Positions 1-12,834 of a DNA stretch of 64,000 nt are shown one piece after another. The DNA is taken from NCBI RefSeq assembly GCF_030684315.1, contig NC_081354.1, positions 19,400,226-19,464,225 of the forward strand, read 5' to 3'. Within the stretch, counting starts at the first letter, position 1; each line of letters opens with the position of its first letter. The notes below the pieces were generated by a model. The model did not search any database and was not told the DNA's origin. It saw only the letters and a list, made by a program, of their open reading frames with translations. The position numbers and the translations under genes are program-made. Source of the stretch: Stegostoma tigrinum. Taxonomy: Eukaryota.

Positions 1-299
1 GAAAACTGAATGAAAATAGGAGCCATACAGATATTGATCTTGTCCAACAACAATATACTTCATGCTAGTGAGAGATACAGAGTCAGGCTATCAGACAGAG
101 AGAATGCTAACTAAGGCACTATAAGCTGGAGGCTTTCCAAAGGCCAGAAGAGTATAATAGGTATGCAGTACAGAAAGTACTAATAGTACGAGGTTAAAAG
201 AATATGTCAATATAGCTGGAAAGGAATTTGGAAGGTGGCAGATTAGGATGTGTTTGTCCATGTTACGAGTGAAATAAGTAACAACCCATTGATAGAGCA

Positions 300-540
300 G
301 AGGCAGAGTGTAAAACCACCAGAAAGATACAAAGCCTTCGAAAATTTAATCACAAAAATGGGCTGTTTAAGTTAGGCTTGTTTTTCCTTGAGTTTAGAAG
401 CTTCAAGGGTGATTTAAATCAAGACATTTGAATTGGTAAAGTAATTTTATACAGAAATCCTACTGTAGTCAGAATAGGGAAGTACAATTTTCAAAGTGGA
501 GTCAGGCAAGTTAAGAGATGGAGTGGAAATCTGGGGCTTT
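300..540 (+). mobile_element. Degraded CR1/L2-type LINE 3' fragment
   Basis: Contains TTCCTTGAGTTTAGAAGCTTCAAGGGTGATTTAAATCAAGACATT, resembling the LE.RRLRGDLIE-coding end of CR1 ORF2 seen in better-preserved copies elsewhere in the window; heavily diverged. Confidence 0.4.
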
Positions 541-744
541 AAAAGTGTAAGTGACAGGTGGAGGGTATGCCTACAGGGAGCGAAAGGCAGGGAGACAAAA
601 GGGGTGGATAATGGTAAGTGGGGAAAACAGAAGAGCTGTTAATGGGGACTGAAACAGGTAAAAATGGGTTGACAGTTGCTGAAAGCAGCCCAAGTGATGA
701 CAAGGCCTGGGCTGTGGCAAAGGTCATGGAAGGAGGTGCTCTGG

Positions 745-900
745 CCCTAAAATTAATGAACTCAGTACTGAGAACTGAAGGCGACAGGGTCCCCCAAGCA
801 GAAAATGAGATGCTGTTCTTCAAACTAGCACTGAACCTCGGTGTAGCAATGAAACAGGCCTGGAACAGAAATGTTCCAGATTTCCAGCATTCACAGTTAT
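745..900 (-). mobile_element. Old Penelope-like element fragment
   Basis: ACAGGGTCCCCCAAGCAGAAAATGAGATGCTGTTCTTCAAAC resembles 16357-16395 (GCAGGGTTCCCAAGCGGAACAGGAGTGCTGTTCCTGCAAC) in the large Penelope copy; a tail-like TTTCCAGCATTCACAG follows on the opposite strand. Confidence 0.4.
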
Positions 901-2436
901 TATTATTTAAGAAACTCTTCTAGTTCTTTCCTTGGGCTGATACCAAAAATACCCACTTTATCATAAGAGCTGCAACTTGTTCCACATACTGATAACAATT
1001 TGAAAGAGCAAATAAGAACTGACCTTTAACCTATTTCTATGTTGGCACAACTTATATGTATGACCCCTCACTTTCTCTAATCTATTTCAAATAGTCTGTC
1101 TTGACAGATAAGGGGCTAGTCTAGTGCTAAAACAAATGCAAAATAATTTAGTCCTGTCATTATTTTGACTGTTTAAATTAACCCTCCCAGAAACGAAGCT
1201 AGAATAAACAGATCCAGCTTAAGTCTACGGTTGTTAAAAATGGCTTTAATAAAACTGAATTTTCTACTGGTCCATTTTTGTGAATGTTTTCTATGGCCTA
1301 ACACAAGGGAACTGTGGAATTGTTTTCAATAGTGACCAAGATCAGTGAGCAGCAAGGCTAGCATTTTAAATGAACATCCACAGTAGCACAGTTTCAGGTG
1401 GCAATGGAATCCAAAGTACAGTTTCACAGTAGCCTCTTTTATACACAGTTTTTACATACCATAAAATGTTAGCACTATAGTGTCACATATTTGCATCTAT
1501 TGCACATAACTCTGTGTGACATCTGTCCTTGGGAAGCATGAGATAGTTTAAGCACTTGCTCAATCCTGATGGGGATTTATATTGTATCCAGTCTGAGTCT
1601 GCATGATTAAGAGGTGTTAGTCTTTTTGTCTTTAAAGATAATAATGTTAGTAGAAATATTAGACATATATGATCTAAATAAGTGAGAAATTAAGTGTGTT
1701 ACTAAATAAAAAGTATAGAGAATATTAAACTGATCTCCCGCAGCTGCGTCGTGAGATGTCATCCACTATTGCCAGTTTTTACACATTCATTCACGCAGTT
1801 TCATGGAAGTGCTGTTTTGATAGAAACTTTCTTGAAGGGGGCAGCAGCCTTATTTAGTATGTTTTTAAAAAGTATAAATCCGTACATTAGAACAAGATGG
1901 TAGTCCGGAATAAAAGTTAGAACTAGGTGGTACAATGTTATGGAAATAGGTAGTATATAAGGAAACTTCAGAGATAAACAGCAGCAGACTGTTAGGATAT
2001 GCTGGAAGAAGAAACTGTCTGATGTCCTGCAGCCTACTCAGGTCCCAAAAAACAGGTCTAAACACTGTTTGCAGCATGGCGCCAGCAAGAATTGAAAAGG
2101 TATAAAGAAACAGTAATGGGTTGACAGCCTAGGAAGGGATGTTTAGTTTATCTTGTACGAGCAAAATTTACGACAAAAATGCAGTTTTGTGAATGAATGG
2201 AAATACTGTATAGTAAACATAGAGTACTTGTTAGTAAAGTGAATCGTAATACATCTCAGAACCAAAACTGAACACAGTATTCCAGGTGAAGTCTAACTAA
2301 GCTCGACACAAAGCCTCTATGCTTTATACAGAAATATTCTTGCTATGTAACACAGCATTCCTATTTGCCTTCTCTGTAAGCCCATGGACACCCACTAATA
2401 CAAGTCTCCATAGAGAACGTTTCCAATAAAAATCAA

Positions 2437-2663
2437 AAATGAATGCACTGCAGATGCTGCATATCAGGAATAAAAACAAAGTTGCTGGAAAAGCTCAGCA
2501 GGTCTGGCAACATCTGCGAAGGAAAGAAGGAGTTAACGTTTCGGGTCCGGTGACCCTTCCTCTGTTCTGAAGGAAGATCACCGGACCCAAAACGTTAACT
2601 GTTTTGTCCTTCACAGATCTTGCCAGACCTGCTAAGCTTTTCCAGCAACTTTGTTTTTGTTTC
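2437..2663. mobile_element. Miniature fold-back Penelope-derived element (family 2), ~90-bp inverted arms with hammerhead-like cores
   Basis: 2471-2562 (AAAAACAAAGTTGCTGGAAAAGCTCAGCAGGTCTGGCAACATCTG...GTTAACGTTTCGGGTCCGGTGACCCTTCCTC) is the reverse complement of 2567-2663; the left arm alone has the CTGCAGATGCTG tail; possible TSD AAAATCAA at 2429-2436 and 2667-2674 (low complexity). Confidence 0.8.
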
Positions 2664-3116
2664 ATTAAAATCAATCTTGTGTGAAAGCATTTTAATCCAA
2701 TATCAGTCCCACCAGTCTCTATATTAATAAAGTAAACAAACAATAGCTTTGTCATACAAAATTTCAGTTTTTCTTAAAATCAGTCAAAATTTGATGTCTT
2801 GCACCATCAGATCAAGAACACAAGAAAACAAATTTTGCAAGCACACAACAATTTACACAGCACGAGAAGAGAACGCAAATTGCTTACACCTAGTTGGAGA
2901 TATGACAAAAACTGTTAATCATAGTGAGCTGACTGAACTCCGACCAGGCAGATCGACTTGTTGGTCAAGACAATGCCATTGCCAATTCACAGTGCATACC
3001 CAATCTGTGAAATCCTTTTAATCAAATGAGAAGGGTATAAGAACTAACTGTAGCTGTACAGGCTACCTACATTCTCACACAGGATCCTCTGTCGGCAAAA
3101 AAACGTCCATACATAA

Positions 3117-3395
3117 GCGGCCGTACGACGGCTCAGTGGTTAGCACTGCAGCCCCACAGCACCAGGGACCTGGGTTCAATTCCAGCCTGGGGTAAGGTGT
3201 GGAGTTTGCACATTCTCTGCGTGGGTTTCCTCCCACAGTCCAAAGATGTGCAGGCTAGGTGAATTGGCCATGCTAAATTGTCCAAAGTGTACAGGGGTGT
3301 GTGGGTTACAGGGGGATGGGTCTGGGTGGGATGCTCTAAGGGGTGGTGTGGGCTTGTTGGGCTGAAGGGCCTGTTTCCACACTGTAGGGAATCTA
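3117..3395 (+). mobile_element. tRNA-derived SINE, HE1/V-SINE type
   Basis: A-box-like GGCTCAGTGG, B-box GGTTCAATTCC, V-core GTGTGGAGTTTGCACATTCTC...GTTTCCTCCCACAGTCCAAAGATGTGCAGG, LINE-like tail CTGTTTCCACACTGTAGGGA; homologous copies at 26268, 36455 and 49058. Confidence 0.9.
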
Positions 3396-4454
3396 AACTG
3401 CATACACTGTTGCTCTCTTCCTAAAATCAGGTTTCTGGTGTCCCAGGCCTGATGAGTGTAACACAAAAAGATTGGACTTTATCTGTTTTAGTGCTGTTTA
3501 AATTTAAGTAAATAGGACGCAGATCCACATCAAAAGTTTGATTAAAGTTATTAATTTGGACTTCAAATAGGACTACCTTTCTCAACAAACCATAATTCTT
3601 TCAACTTTTTGAGGAGATAACCAAGCGTAAATAAAGCATAAATAAGAGACTGTTCTGACTTTTTGTCAAAAATTCAAGCAGTTTGATTAATTTTTGGTTC
3701 ACCTTGCAGATCTTCCATCCTGTAACAATCACAACTGACAAGTTGACTACACTTCTGCTCATCTACAGACCCACTGGATTTCTGTGGCATGCTGAAGATA
3801 CAATGTGCACGACATTCAACCCAATGTAGGATGGGGAAAAATCACAGTGCATCTCTCACGTGACTAACTGTAACAAATCCAAAATATTTTCCTTAAGATT
3901 AAAAGCCATGTTCTCTTTGCTATTTGGATTTATTTGTAACTGTCAATGTTGTTTTTACAATGAGGTACACTAAAGCTGAAAAAAAATCCCTTTCAATCTT
4001 TAAGAAAAATAAAGCATTTACAACACTAAATGTTAAAAGTTAATGGAAATAAATTTTTTTCTATATGTATAGTAACATATACTTTGAATGAAAAATGTAT
4101 AATAAGAAATGATGTAAAATTTAAGTTTCATTTTCAGACGCTGAATAACCTGGTCAGGTTGTGTGCCAAATTATTCATGGCTACCGCGATTAGCAAAAGA
4201 TTACTTTCAATTGTTCATCACATACTTTGTTAATATCCTACATACTTAAAAAGTCACAATGCAAAATTAGTTAATTTTATACACAAACTGTAACAATACA
4301 CAAATTGCTAGGTGGTCTTGATTACCTCTCCATGATGATGGTTTCATGAATTAACAAAATCACAATTTCCAAGGAAAAGTTAGTTGTAGTAGTGACACAT
4401 TAATGCCTTCATGTGTACATATGTTCTAATTAACCTGCTCAGATAGGTTATCAT

Positions 4455-4530
4455 ACACTTCTGGAGTAGGTAGGATTTGAAATCAGGCTTTCTGGTTCGT
4501 AGATGGGGAGAATGCCAGGATGCCACACAG
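4455..4530 (-). mobile_element. Short SINE-head-like repeat (second copy at ~24816-24900)
   Basis: ACACTTCTGGAGTAGGTAGGATTTGAAATCAGGCTTTCTGG matches ACACCTCTGGAGTAGGTGGAACCTGAACCCAGGCTTTTTGG; a B-box-like motif lies on the minus strand. Confidence 0.45.
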
Positions 4531-4769
4531 CATGTTTTTAAAAAAAAGAGGAATTCACTAAGACCTAAGCTTTAACAATGTCTCTCCTGGTTTACAAAGC
4601 TGGGGCCTTTCACACGTGAGGCAAACATAATAGCTAATATGCCACAGCAACGAAAAACTGACAATAGTTATTTATGTTGGGCAATTCAATGATTTGTGCA
4701 AATGTATCCATTATCAAAGTTATTGTACAATCTGCTGCAGTTGGGTACAGCAGAAGTCATCACCCTTTA

Positions 4770-5190
4770 GTCCTCAAGGGTCCTTGAATTTACCAGAATA
4801 CTTCCAAGGTTGAGGGATTATAACTATGAGCTAAGGTTGGAGTAGTTCATTGTTGTTTGAAAATTAGACTGAAGAGAAAATATGATGATCACGTTGCTGC
4901 TTCTACAAAATCTGGCAACACTAATTAAGTTTTGGGCAAGAATAGCAGAGATGAGGAGAAAAATGACGACAAGATAGGATCTTAAAGAAAAGTCGACAGT
5001 AATGATTTGGAACTTGCTGCCAAGGAGGACGGTGGAAGCAATGACATTGAAATTATTTCAGCAGGAAGTTGGACAGGCACTTGAGGAGAATAAACTCTCC
5101 GGGTTACCAAGTTGTGGGTAAATCAGAACAGACCTACAACAAGTAGCTACTACCTGAGCAGGCTGAATGGCGTCCTTCTGCACTCTAGTA
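4770..5190 (+). mobile_element. Degraded CR1 LINE 3' end
   Basis: TTTACCAGAATACTTCCAAGGTTGAGGGATTATAACTATGAG, TGGAACTTGCTGCCAAGGAGGACGGTGGAAGCA and terminal GGGCTGAATGG-like motif typical of CR1 3' ends. Confidence 0.6.
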
Positions 5191-5739
5191 AGTTGCCGAA
5201 TGTAACCCTAAGTGACAGTCTGAGCGAAAAAAAACTAGTTTCCAAGGAGCCAATGGTAGTTCATTAAAAAAAATTCAGACCCAACGTACACTGGCACTAA
5301 GACCAGTGAGCTCACAGTTGCAGCCATAGCAACTCTCACACTTTACCTGCTTGTTTCACACTACCGACTTAACACAAGAAAAAAAAGACTGGGACAAAAC
5401 TCCACCTGTAAAGAAGGTAAGCCAATATGCATACTCACCTGCAACACACCCAGTGTCTAACTAGGAAACCATTCACAATAGACTCGAGAATCAAATCTGT
5501 GCAACTCATCCAGTTATTAGGACTTGCAATGGCTCACGTCGCTTTATTTTGATGTGCGCCATTCTTAATAAACATGTATTTAAACTGATTTGCAGTTTCG
5601 GGTCAGGTCTTTGAGACTGTTTACTCCGTGATATATATACACGCATGGGGGCGTTCTGGTGTATTCTCGTGAGAATTTAACAGTCGTACAATCATTTCTG
5701 TCATTTATTTACACCGTTCGCATGATACATCAGGATTTC

Positions 5740-7560
5740 ACAGAAACCATCACTCCCCCACCTCGCGCTCTCATTGCTCGCATCGAGTGCCCGAACGGTG
5801 GACGAAAGCAAAACGCAAATCCCAGAAACCGAATCAAACTCACACGGCGAACAACCGTTCCGCGAACCCGTCCGTCGTCGAACTTTTTGGTTGGGGGGGG
5901 GGGTTTGTGTGAAACGAAGAAACGCGTCCCGTGACGAAACTGCCAACGGCGGCCTCTGTCGCTTCGCTTCGAAAGGCCAAGCTGAGGAGGTCGCTGGTCT
6001 CAGTCGGAGGGTCGCTCGCTCCCTTTCACCGGCCCTGCGGAGGGAGAGGGGGCGTACTGCGGTCCGGCGCGTGCAGCCTGCATGGTCCGTTACAGCAGTC
6101 GCCGGCACGAGCGCGCCGCGGAGTGATCGTGCCGCGAGGGCGGGAGGGGAAGGGAAGGGTAAAATAGGCGGTGCAGCGGCCTGTCGCCTGAACCTACGTG
6201 TTTCGCTCACCCTCCTCCTCCCGTAACAACCGTCTTCCCTCCCTTCTTTGGCGACGGAGGCCATCGATGTCTCTCTCTCTCTCGCTCTGTCGACGCTGCG
6301 GCTTTCGGCAGTGCCAGAAACAGGAAAAAAGAAGGGACGGGAGGGGGAGGGGGAGGGTGGGGGGTAAAAGTGGGAAACATCTATCAAATCGTAAGGGCAA
6401 AGCCGAGAGAGAGTTAGGTACACACACACGGGAGTTCGGGGTCTTTCTTTTGGGGGTGAGGTGGAGTAGGGTTGAGGAAAAGAAGAAAGAGAAACGAGAG
6501 AAAGAAAAACATACACAGGCGATTCCCTCCCGTCTCTGTTTTGCCAGAAGCCGGACACTTTAGAGAGATCGGGGCCGCGCATCCTTTCCTCCTGTAAAGC
6601 GGGGAGGGGGAAAAGAAATCAAGGTAACATTCACCGGAAAGAAAGGGGCGCCAACCTCTGGTGATCAAACAGTTACTCGTCCCCCTTCCCCTCTCTCTAC
6701 CGTTAGAGGAGGAAGAGGGGCAGGTCGGGGGAGAGCCGGTTTTGCGTACTGTGGGGTGGGGGGGGGGGGAGGAGAGGTTAAACCGGCCCGGTGGGGGTTG
6801 GGGGGGGGTACGTGCGTCTGTGTTGTTAAATGTCAGTCCGGCGGCCTCGAGCTGCGTCAGAACGGTTTAAAAATTCAAAAAACAACAATCGCTTTATTCC
6901 GACTGACAGGCTGGTTAAAGCGTGGGATTTGAATCGTCCCTGTCACACGGGGCGGGCGCCTCTTTAGGAACACCAATGCCGTTTTGTTTTTTTAAAAGAA
7001 AATATGTATGTTATATGTCTACATACACACACGTGAATGGTCAGTGAGCGAGTTGGCTTATTGGAATTAAGAGCAAGTGCGTATGTCTTTTATTACCGCC
7101 CCCCCGCCCGGCGTTTGTCCTTATCCGCTGTGGGGCCTCACTGAATTAATGGCTATTGACAACCAGACTTGCTGCCTTTTTCGGCCATTGTGACGTTTGA
7201 GGATTGATGGGGCCTTCCGCCAGTGGCAGGACGGGACCTCCGTTACGTCGGAGAGCCTGCGTCGCGGCCTGCCCAATGGGCGTTCGCGAGAGGGGCGGGG
7301 ACCTTGCTTCGCCATCCCCGCCTCTTGTTCAGGTTAGGTGGAGGAGTCACAGACCGAGAAGGTGGCGGGGTGAGAGGAAAAGGAGAGAAGAGCAGTGCGG
7401 GTCGGTTGCAGTCGGTTTTAATAGATTTCCTTCCCCCGCACCCCTCCCCTCACCCCAGGAAAGCTTCCCATCGAAGAGACTCTGAGCCAGCCTCCTTGCC
7501 GTCCCCTCTTTCGCAAACGCAGTGGCGTGTGTGAGATGTCTGAATAATGCGTCAGGACCG
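5740..7560. promoter_or_regulatory. CpG-island promoter / first-exon region of KIAA0232
   Basis: Sharp rise in GC and CpG density against an AT-rich, CpG-depleted background; GC boxes (~6949, ~7096, ~7292), CCAAT/ATTGG (~7060, ~7273), CRE half-sites TGACG (~5932, ~7191), E-box CACGTG (~7030), ETS CCGGAA (~6634); candidate donors AAG|GTAACA (6623/6624) and CAG|GTTAGG (~7332). It is the only CpG island upstream of the KIAA0232 exons. Confidence 0.85.
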
Positions 7561-10500
7561 GGTTTTTAAACCCTCTTCATAGCGCGTACTCCCAAGTTGA
7601 GCAAAAGGTCAAGTTCAAAAATTGGTGTTAATTTTTTTTGGAGACATTCCGATTTCAGTTTAGTCTCCCTTTCATTTGGATGTTTAAGTATTTAATAAAC
7701 CGGTTTGTCTAACCTGGTATCCTCCCACCACCACTTGAGACATCCAGTAGCTTTTCTAGCCTGTCACGTTCATTTTCTATTCACAAGGGCATTAAACCGC
7801 TTGGAATGAGCCTTTCTGCCCTAGATCTTACTTTGTTTCTGCGTCTCAGGTTTCTTTATTCAAGTAGCTTACCCAATTTGAGACTAAGGATTGCATCTAA
7901 AACAGGATTTTATTTTCTCATCGACGCGTTGTTGGTTGGGCAAGGTTGTTAACGGGAAATAATCTGTGTGGTTGGATTGAGGCCGTGGTTTGGGGTCCAC
8001 CTGGTGCAGAGTCCACTCATCGGGTTTGTCGACATTCTGAGCAGAGTAGTGTATCTTTCGGTGACCGGTGACGCGAGACCTCTTTTTTTTCCCCCTGCAT
8101 TCGAAACGTATAACATTTTTCACCTTCACACGTGGGTGCTGTCATTAGTTTGACATTTGGGCTTTAAATAAGTGGTAATGAGCCAAATGCCTTGCCCTTG
8201 TCCAGTATTTTCGGTTTTGCACAGAACCACGTGATTCGTGTAATCTTAAAAACAAAACTCCTTAAATCCTATTTAATGCCGATCATGTTTTCTGTTTATT
8301 TTCAAACTATTCCCTGGAGACTCCAGGTTAATTTTGTGGTGATTTGTCCGAGTTCTGAAATAGAATGTTTAATTATGTTATCAGATTGTACTGTTTTGAT
8401 TTTTTGCAAATTTGTCAAATGATTAGACTTTTTAGTACTTAAGTTGATTTAGTTTTTTTGACATTTGGAAATTTGGTTTTGCAGTATTGAAGTATCTAAG
8501 TCTATCCCAAAGTGTTAAATGTTCTGTCCAAAATGCATCAATACAATTTTAGCTCACTTTGTAAGTTAGATAAACACTGGTGTATGAATGCTAAAGGACA
8601 AGTTCTACCTTTTATCAATGATAGTTATAAAATTGTTGGGTTATACAGGCCTTGAGTGGAATGAGATAAACTGTATAAAACCACTTATTATGGAGTGACA
8701 AGGCTTGTTGCTATGCATCAGCTGCACATTGCAAAACTATTACGACATGCCTTTTTGTTTCCTTGTGATAACACTTTCCTTTCATGTCAGTATGGATATA
8801 GGTTTATGAAGTTGCTTGCAAGAATTCTATTTGGTTGCCTTGTTTACTTAAATCAAAATAATACATAATAGAAACTATTAGCAGTGCCTCTCCTATGATG
8901 GTTTGTGATCATAATTTTTCACTCCTGTGAATTCTTCCAAGAATAATTCTGAATTCTGAGGGAAAATGGGAAAGAATATGAAATAGTGACTCGCAACTTA
9001 TAGCTGTTTGATGTGTTGCGTAATGTCGATTCTGTATTGTGATATCAACACTGAGGTTTATTTGTATCATTAATGAAAATCTATAGGGTGTAAGTGTACT
9101 CATGATTTTTGAATTGCACGGTATATTTCTTGGTCTGTGATCTTGAATTTGCCACGGTAGGAAATGCTGTGTTAAGTTTGCATTCCTTAATTGCTGGCAA
9201 GGATTGTTGGGGCTGAATGGCCTTTTATCTGTGCTATATCATCTTGTATTTGCCTACAGTACAATTCTATATGGAACTGTATTTTATCATCAGCATTGCA
9301 GTTACTTGAAAGTCTGTGGGAGTTGTCAGTAATGCTGCAGCGCATGCTCTGAATTCATGCACTTGTGAATTTTCTGGATAATTTGTTAGATTGACATTAC
9401 TGTGATATCGGTTGATGAACTTGTTTTGCTCTAGCTTAAGTGAATATTTTACCCGTAGCTTAAGTGATTTCCACATAAAGAAGCAAAATTATTGAAAATA
9501 TGATTTATTTGGAGACAAATATGATATCCTTTGACCACACCTGAAATCTTGGTGTATTTTTGGACTTATCCAGCATGGAAAAAAAAATACTCTTGGCCTG
9601 TACTGTATTGCTTATATTCAAATATATGTGAATGATTGTAACTACATCCATTAGAAGAGTGCACAGTCGGAAGAAAATGTTTTTCTTTGTTAGAACCAGT
9701 TTATTCCTTATGTGATCATAATTTGGGGACCCCTTAAATGTATAAATTCATCTCATGAAATATTTCACCGTATTTATGTTTTGCTTTATTTTATTGCACT
9801 TATTAAAAGAAGTCTTTTGATTTCCAACAAAATGCTAATTAGTGCAATTGTAATCTGCTTCCTCAGAGCTATGGACTGCAAAAACATTTAGACAATTGTA
9901 GCTGCAGTTGCAGTGCAGAAACGGCATACAAATAGAGCTGATTTGTTAGTTAGATTTGACAAGATACAACTGACCTCTATTTATGAAAAGTCTGTTTTCA
10001 AATTCATGCTCGATTGAACATGCTATCCTATAGCATGTGTAGTATACTGCATCTTATTTTTGTTTGAACTATGCTCTAGACAGTTCATCAACTTTTTATT
10101 GTACATTACGATGTTATGTTTTACCTTTATTCGGAGAAATGAAAACGAATGAATGCCAATTGTGCAAGATATCGCCAAAGAGAGAGCGAGGTCTGACAGT
10201 ACAACAGAAAAGAATGCGAGAAATTTCTAAAAGATGCCCTCTATTACTCTTTTGACAAGTACATTTTTAGTTGCGTGATGGAGGTTATTCTTTACCTAGT
10301 TCTAGGAAATTTACTGGAGCCAGCAGGTAATGTAAGCATGAGGAACACTAGAGCAAAACAGTTCCTAAAGCATAATTAGCTTTGAAATCAAGCCGAGGAG
10401 GAAACAACTGAGATGACAAGTTAAAGTATAAAAAGAAAAATAAACAAAAAGCAGCAAGGAATTGTGGGGGTTGGGTAAAAGGGTAGAATTTAAATGTGAC

Positions 10501-10699
10501 TGTTCAGAATGAGAAAAGAGATGACAAGTGATTTTGTTTTAAATTCTGCATACAGAGTACGATGCTGGGAATGAAAGGGTACATTAGGCAATAAGACGTT
10601 CAGACAGATTAAGAAAGAAATAATGTTGAAAAGAATAAGTGGAATTCAAAACGGTGTAAACTCTGAATCTTGACAAAATAACAACATATTTTTCTAGTA

Positions 10700-11900
10700 C
10701 TTTTAATGAAAAATACTGGAATACTTCATAGGAGCATTATAAAACAAAATAAGCCAGTGGGCAACATTGGCAGAATTATGTTGAGAATTCAGAACTTGGA
10801 GCCAGTGTAACTGAAAATATGGCCAGCAGCGTTGGGGTGGCTAAAATAGTTGGTCGCAGGACCCAAATTGAAGGATTACAGATATGAAAGCTGTGGCCTG
10901 GGAGAAGATTACAGTGGTTGAAGCCACGGTGTAATTTCAAGAACTTGGATAAGCTTTTTAAAATCAAACTTTGTTTGACTAGGAACCATTGTAGGTCAGC
11001 GATCAGAAGGGTTGTAAGTGAATATGACTTAGGATCATAACACAGTGCCTATGAAGATAGAAGTTTACAGACTGTAGAATGCAGAGGGTCAGCCAAGAGT
11101 TTGCTGGAATGGTCATCTCTAGAGCTAATGAAAATATGGATGAGGATTTCAGCTGCAGTTGAGCAGAGTCACCGATGATGTTGTGGAGGTTGAAATAGTT
11201 GGCCTTAGTGCACATATGAGGTCAGAAGCTTCTTCTGGGGTTGATTAACCCAGGTGGTGAAAAGACAGGCAAAATCTGGACACGATGCCAGAAGCAAATA
11301 GCCAGCAGCTAAGCAGTTTGGACCATGGGCCAAACTCCATAATAGCCTTGTGTCTTCCTAATATTTCACAAGAAAAGATTTCTGCTCATCCTGTACTGAA
11401 TGTCTGATAAACAGGCTGATAGTTTAGCAACAGCAGAAGAGTCAAGGAAGTTGGCAATGAGATGGACTGAGGTGGGGATGTAATTTATATGTGTGAAAAC
11501 CGACAGGCTGTTTTTAAGAATAAAACGAGGAGCTGGATGCTTTTGTTTTGGATTTCAAGCAATGTTGGAGAAACTCATCAGGTCTGACAGCATATTCAGT
11601 GACCCTGCAGAACTGGACTCAACCTTAGCTCTGCTTTCTCTCCACAAACCCTGCTGGACCTGAGTTTCTCCAGTTCTGGCTCTGCTTTTAGGTACGACCT
11701 GAGAAGCAATATGTATGTGAGAAGAATGTGGGATCAAGTATAAATTCTTGGGAGGCAAGAGTTTAGGTACAGGAACACTAAGATAAGCCACTGCAATAAT
11801 TCTGTGACCTCACTTACCTAGATAGGAATAGAACCAGGTGAGACCAGTCCCATCCGGCTTGGTGACATTAAAGGATGCATTTAAGAATATGATCATCTGA
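10700..11900 (-). mobile_element. Ancient L2-like LINE remnants (with an old Penelope-type fold-back relic at ~11563-11675)
   Basis: Motifs such as AGGAACCATTGTAGGTCAGCGA and CATATGAGGTCAGAAGCT resemble antisense L2/CR1 ORF2; GGAGAAACTCATCAGGTC and GACCTGAGTTTCTCC form a short inverted pair. Confidence 0.4.
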
Positions 11901-12834
11901 GTCATAGGCTGCAGAGAGATGGGGGACTATGAGTCTGGCACAGTTTACTCTCAAAAAAAGAAGTTGGGTGTTTGTAATTGAGGTTGATCCTGAAATAGCA
12001 GTCAATTTTAATGAATGAGAACAAGGCTTAGTATGTGATGCATTGAATGATTAGAACTGTTGTCCACGTCTCTCTTCTTTTGTGAGAAATGAAATGTGCA
12101 AAGTTGAGGAAATAGCAAAGGATCTACCACTATCTTTTTAAAATGGCTTTGTATATGGAAGTTATGCAATTGCAGGATTGCCAATGTGATTCTTCAACCG
12201 AGGAAGGCATCGTGTGTAACTTTGGACCAGATGGGATAAGTTTCAAAAATCCATATATGTAGAATAAAATTCACTCTGATGGCAAGCAAATCAGTCAAAG
12301 ATAATACGTTCGTATTTATAAAATGAAAATTTAATCTAGTTCTTTGCATATGTAATCCAGCATGTGGGGGGGAGGGGTGTGTGGGAATGGAGAATGCAAT
12401 GGACATTGTGCAGAAGTATCTTGAAAAGATGTTCAGTCAGGCAATGCTTGAAAACTTCTTGAAAGATTCATCTCGAAAGCTTCCCTCCAGAATATTAATT
12501 TAGTCGCAGACTAGAGTTTGACACCCACAAGGTTGTTAGATTATTGAAATGATATTCAGGCTTTGACTGAAACTTGGATTATATATGACAACACTTATTT
12601 TCAAAATTCATGTGGCCCTAATTACGAAATCACAGCTTTGTTACCCCTGAGTCCTTCTCGCATTCTTTCTTCCTTTGAGCATCTGAATACCACCTCGTCC
12701 TTTTATATTTTCTCTTTGAACCTTGGGGGCAGTAAGGATGCAGTTTCTCCCTGAGATATTCTTTGATTTTCTCCAGTAGCTTCTGTACTGCATAATAGGC
12801 TCACCCTTTGTAATTTACGTTTGATCTTTGCGCT

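Noticed and set aside
2437-2663. DNA-transposon MITE
   Set aside because: The arms match single-orientation retro-type 3' fragments (23545, 46627) and are asymmetric by a tail, unlike true TIRs.
3117-3190. tRNA gene
   Set aside because: A/B boxes continue directly into SINE core and tail sequence present in four copies; no intact cloverleaf.
5701-6582. 293-aa minus-strand ORF and overlapping ORFs in the CpG island
   Set aside because: Low-complexity R/P/A/S-rich translations are expected in stop-poor GC-rich DNA; no domain was recognised.
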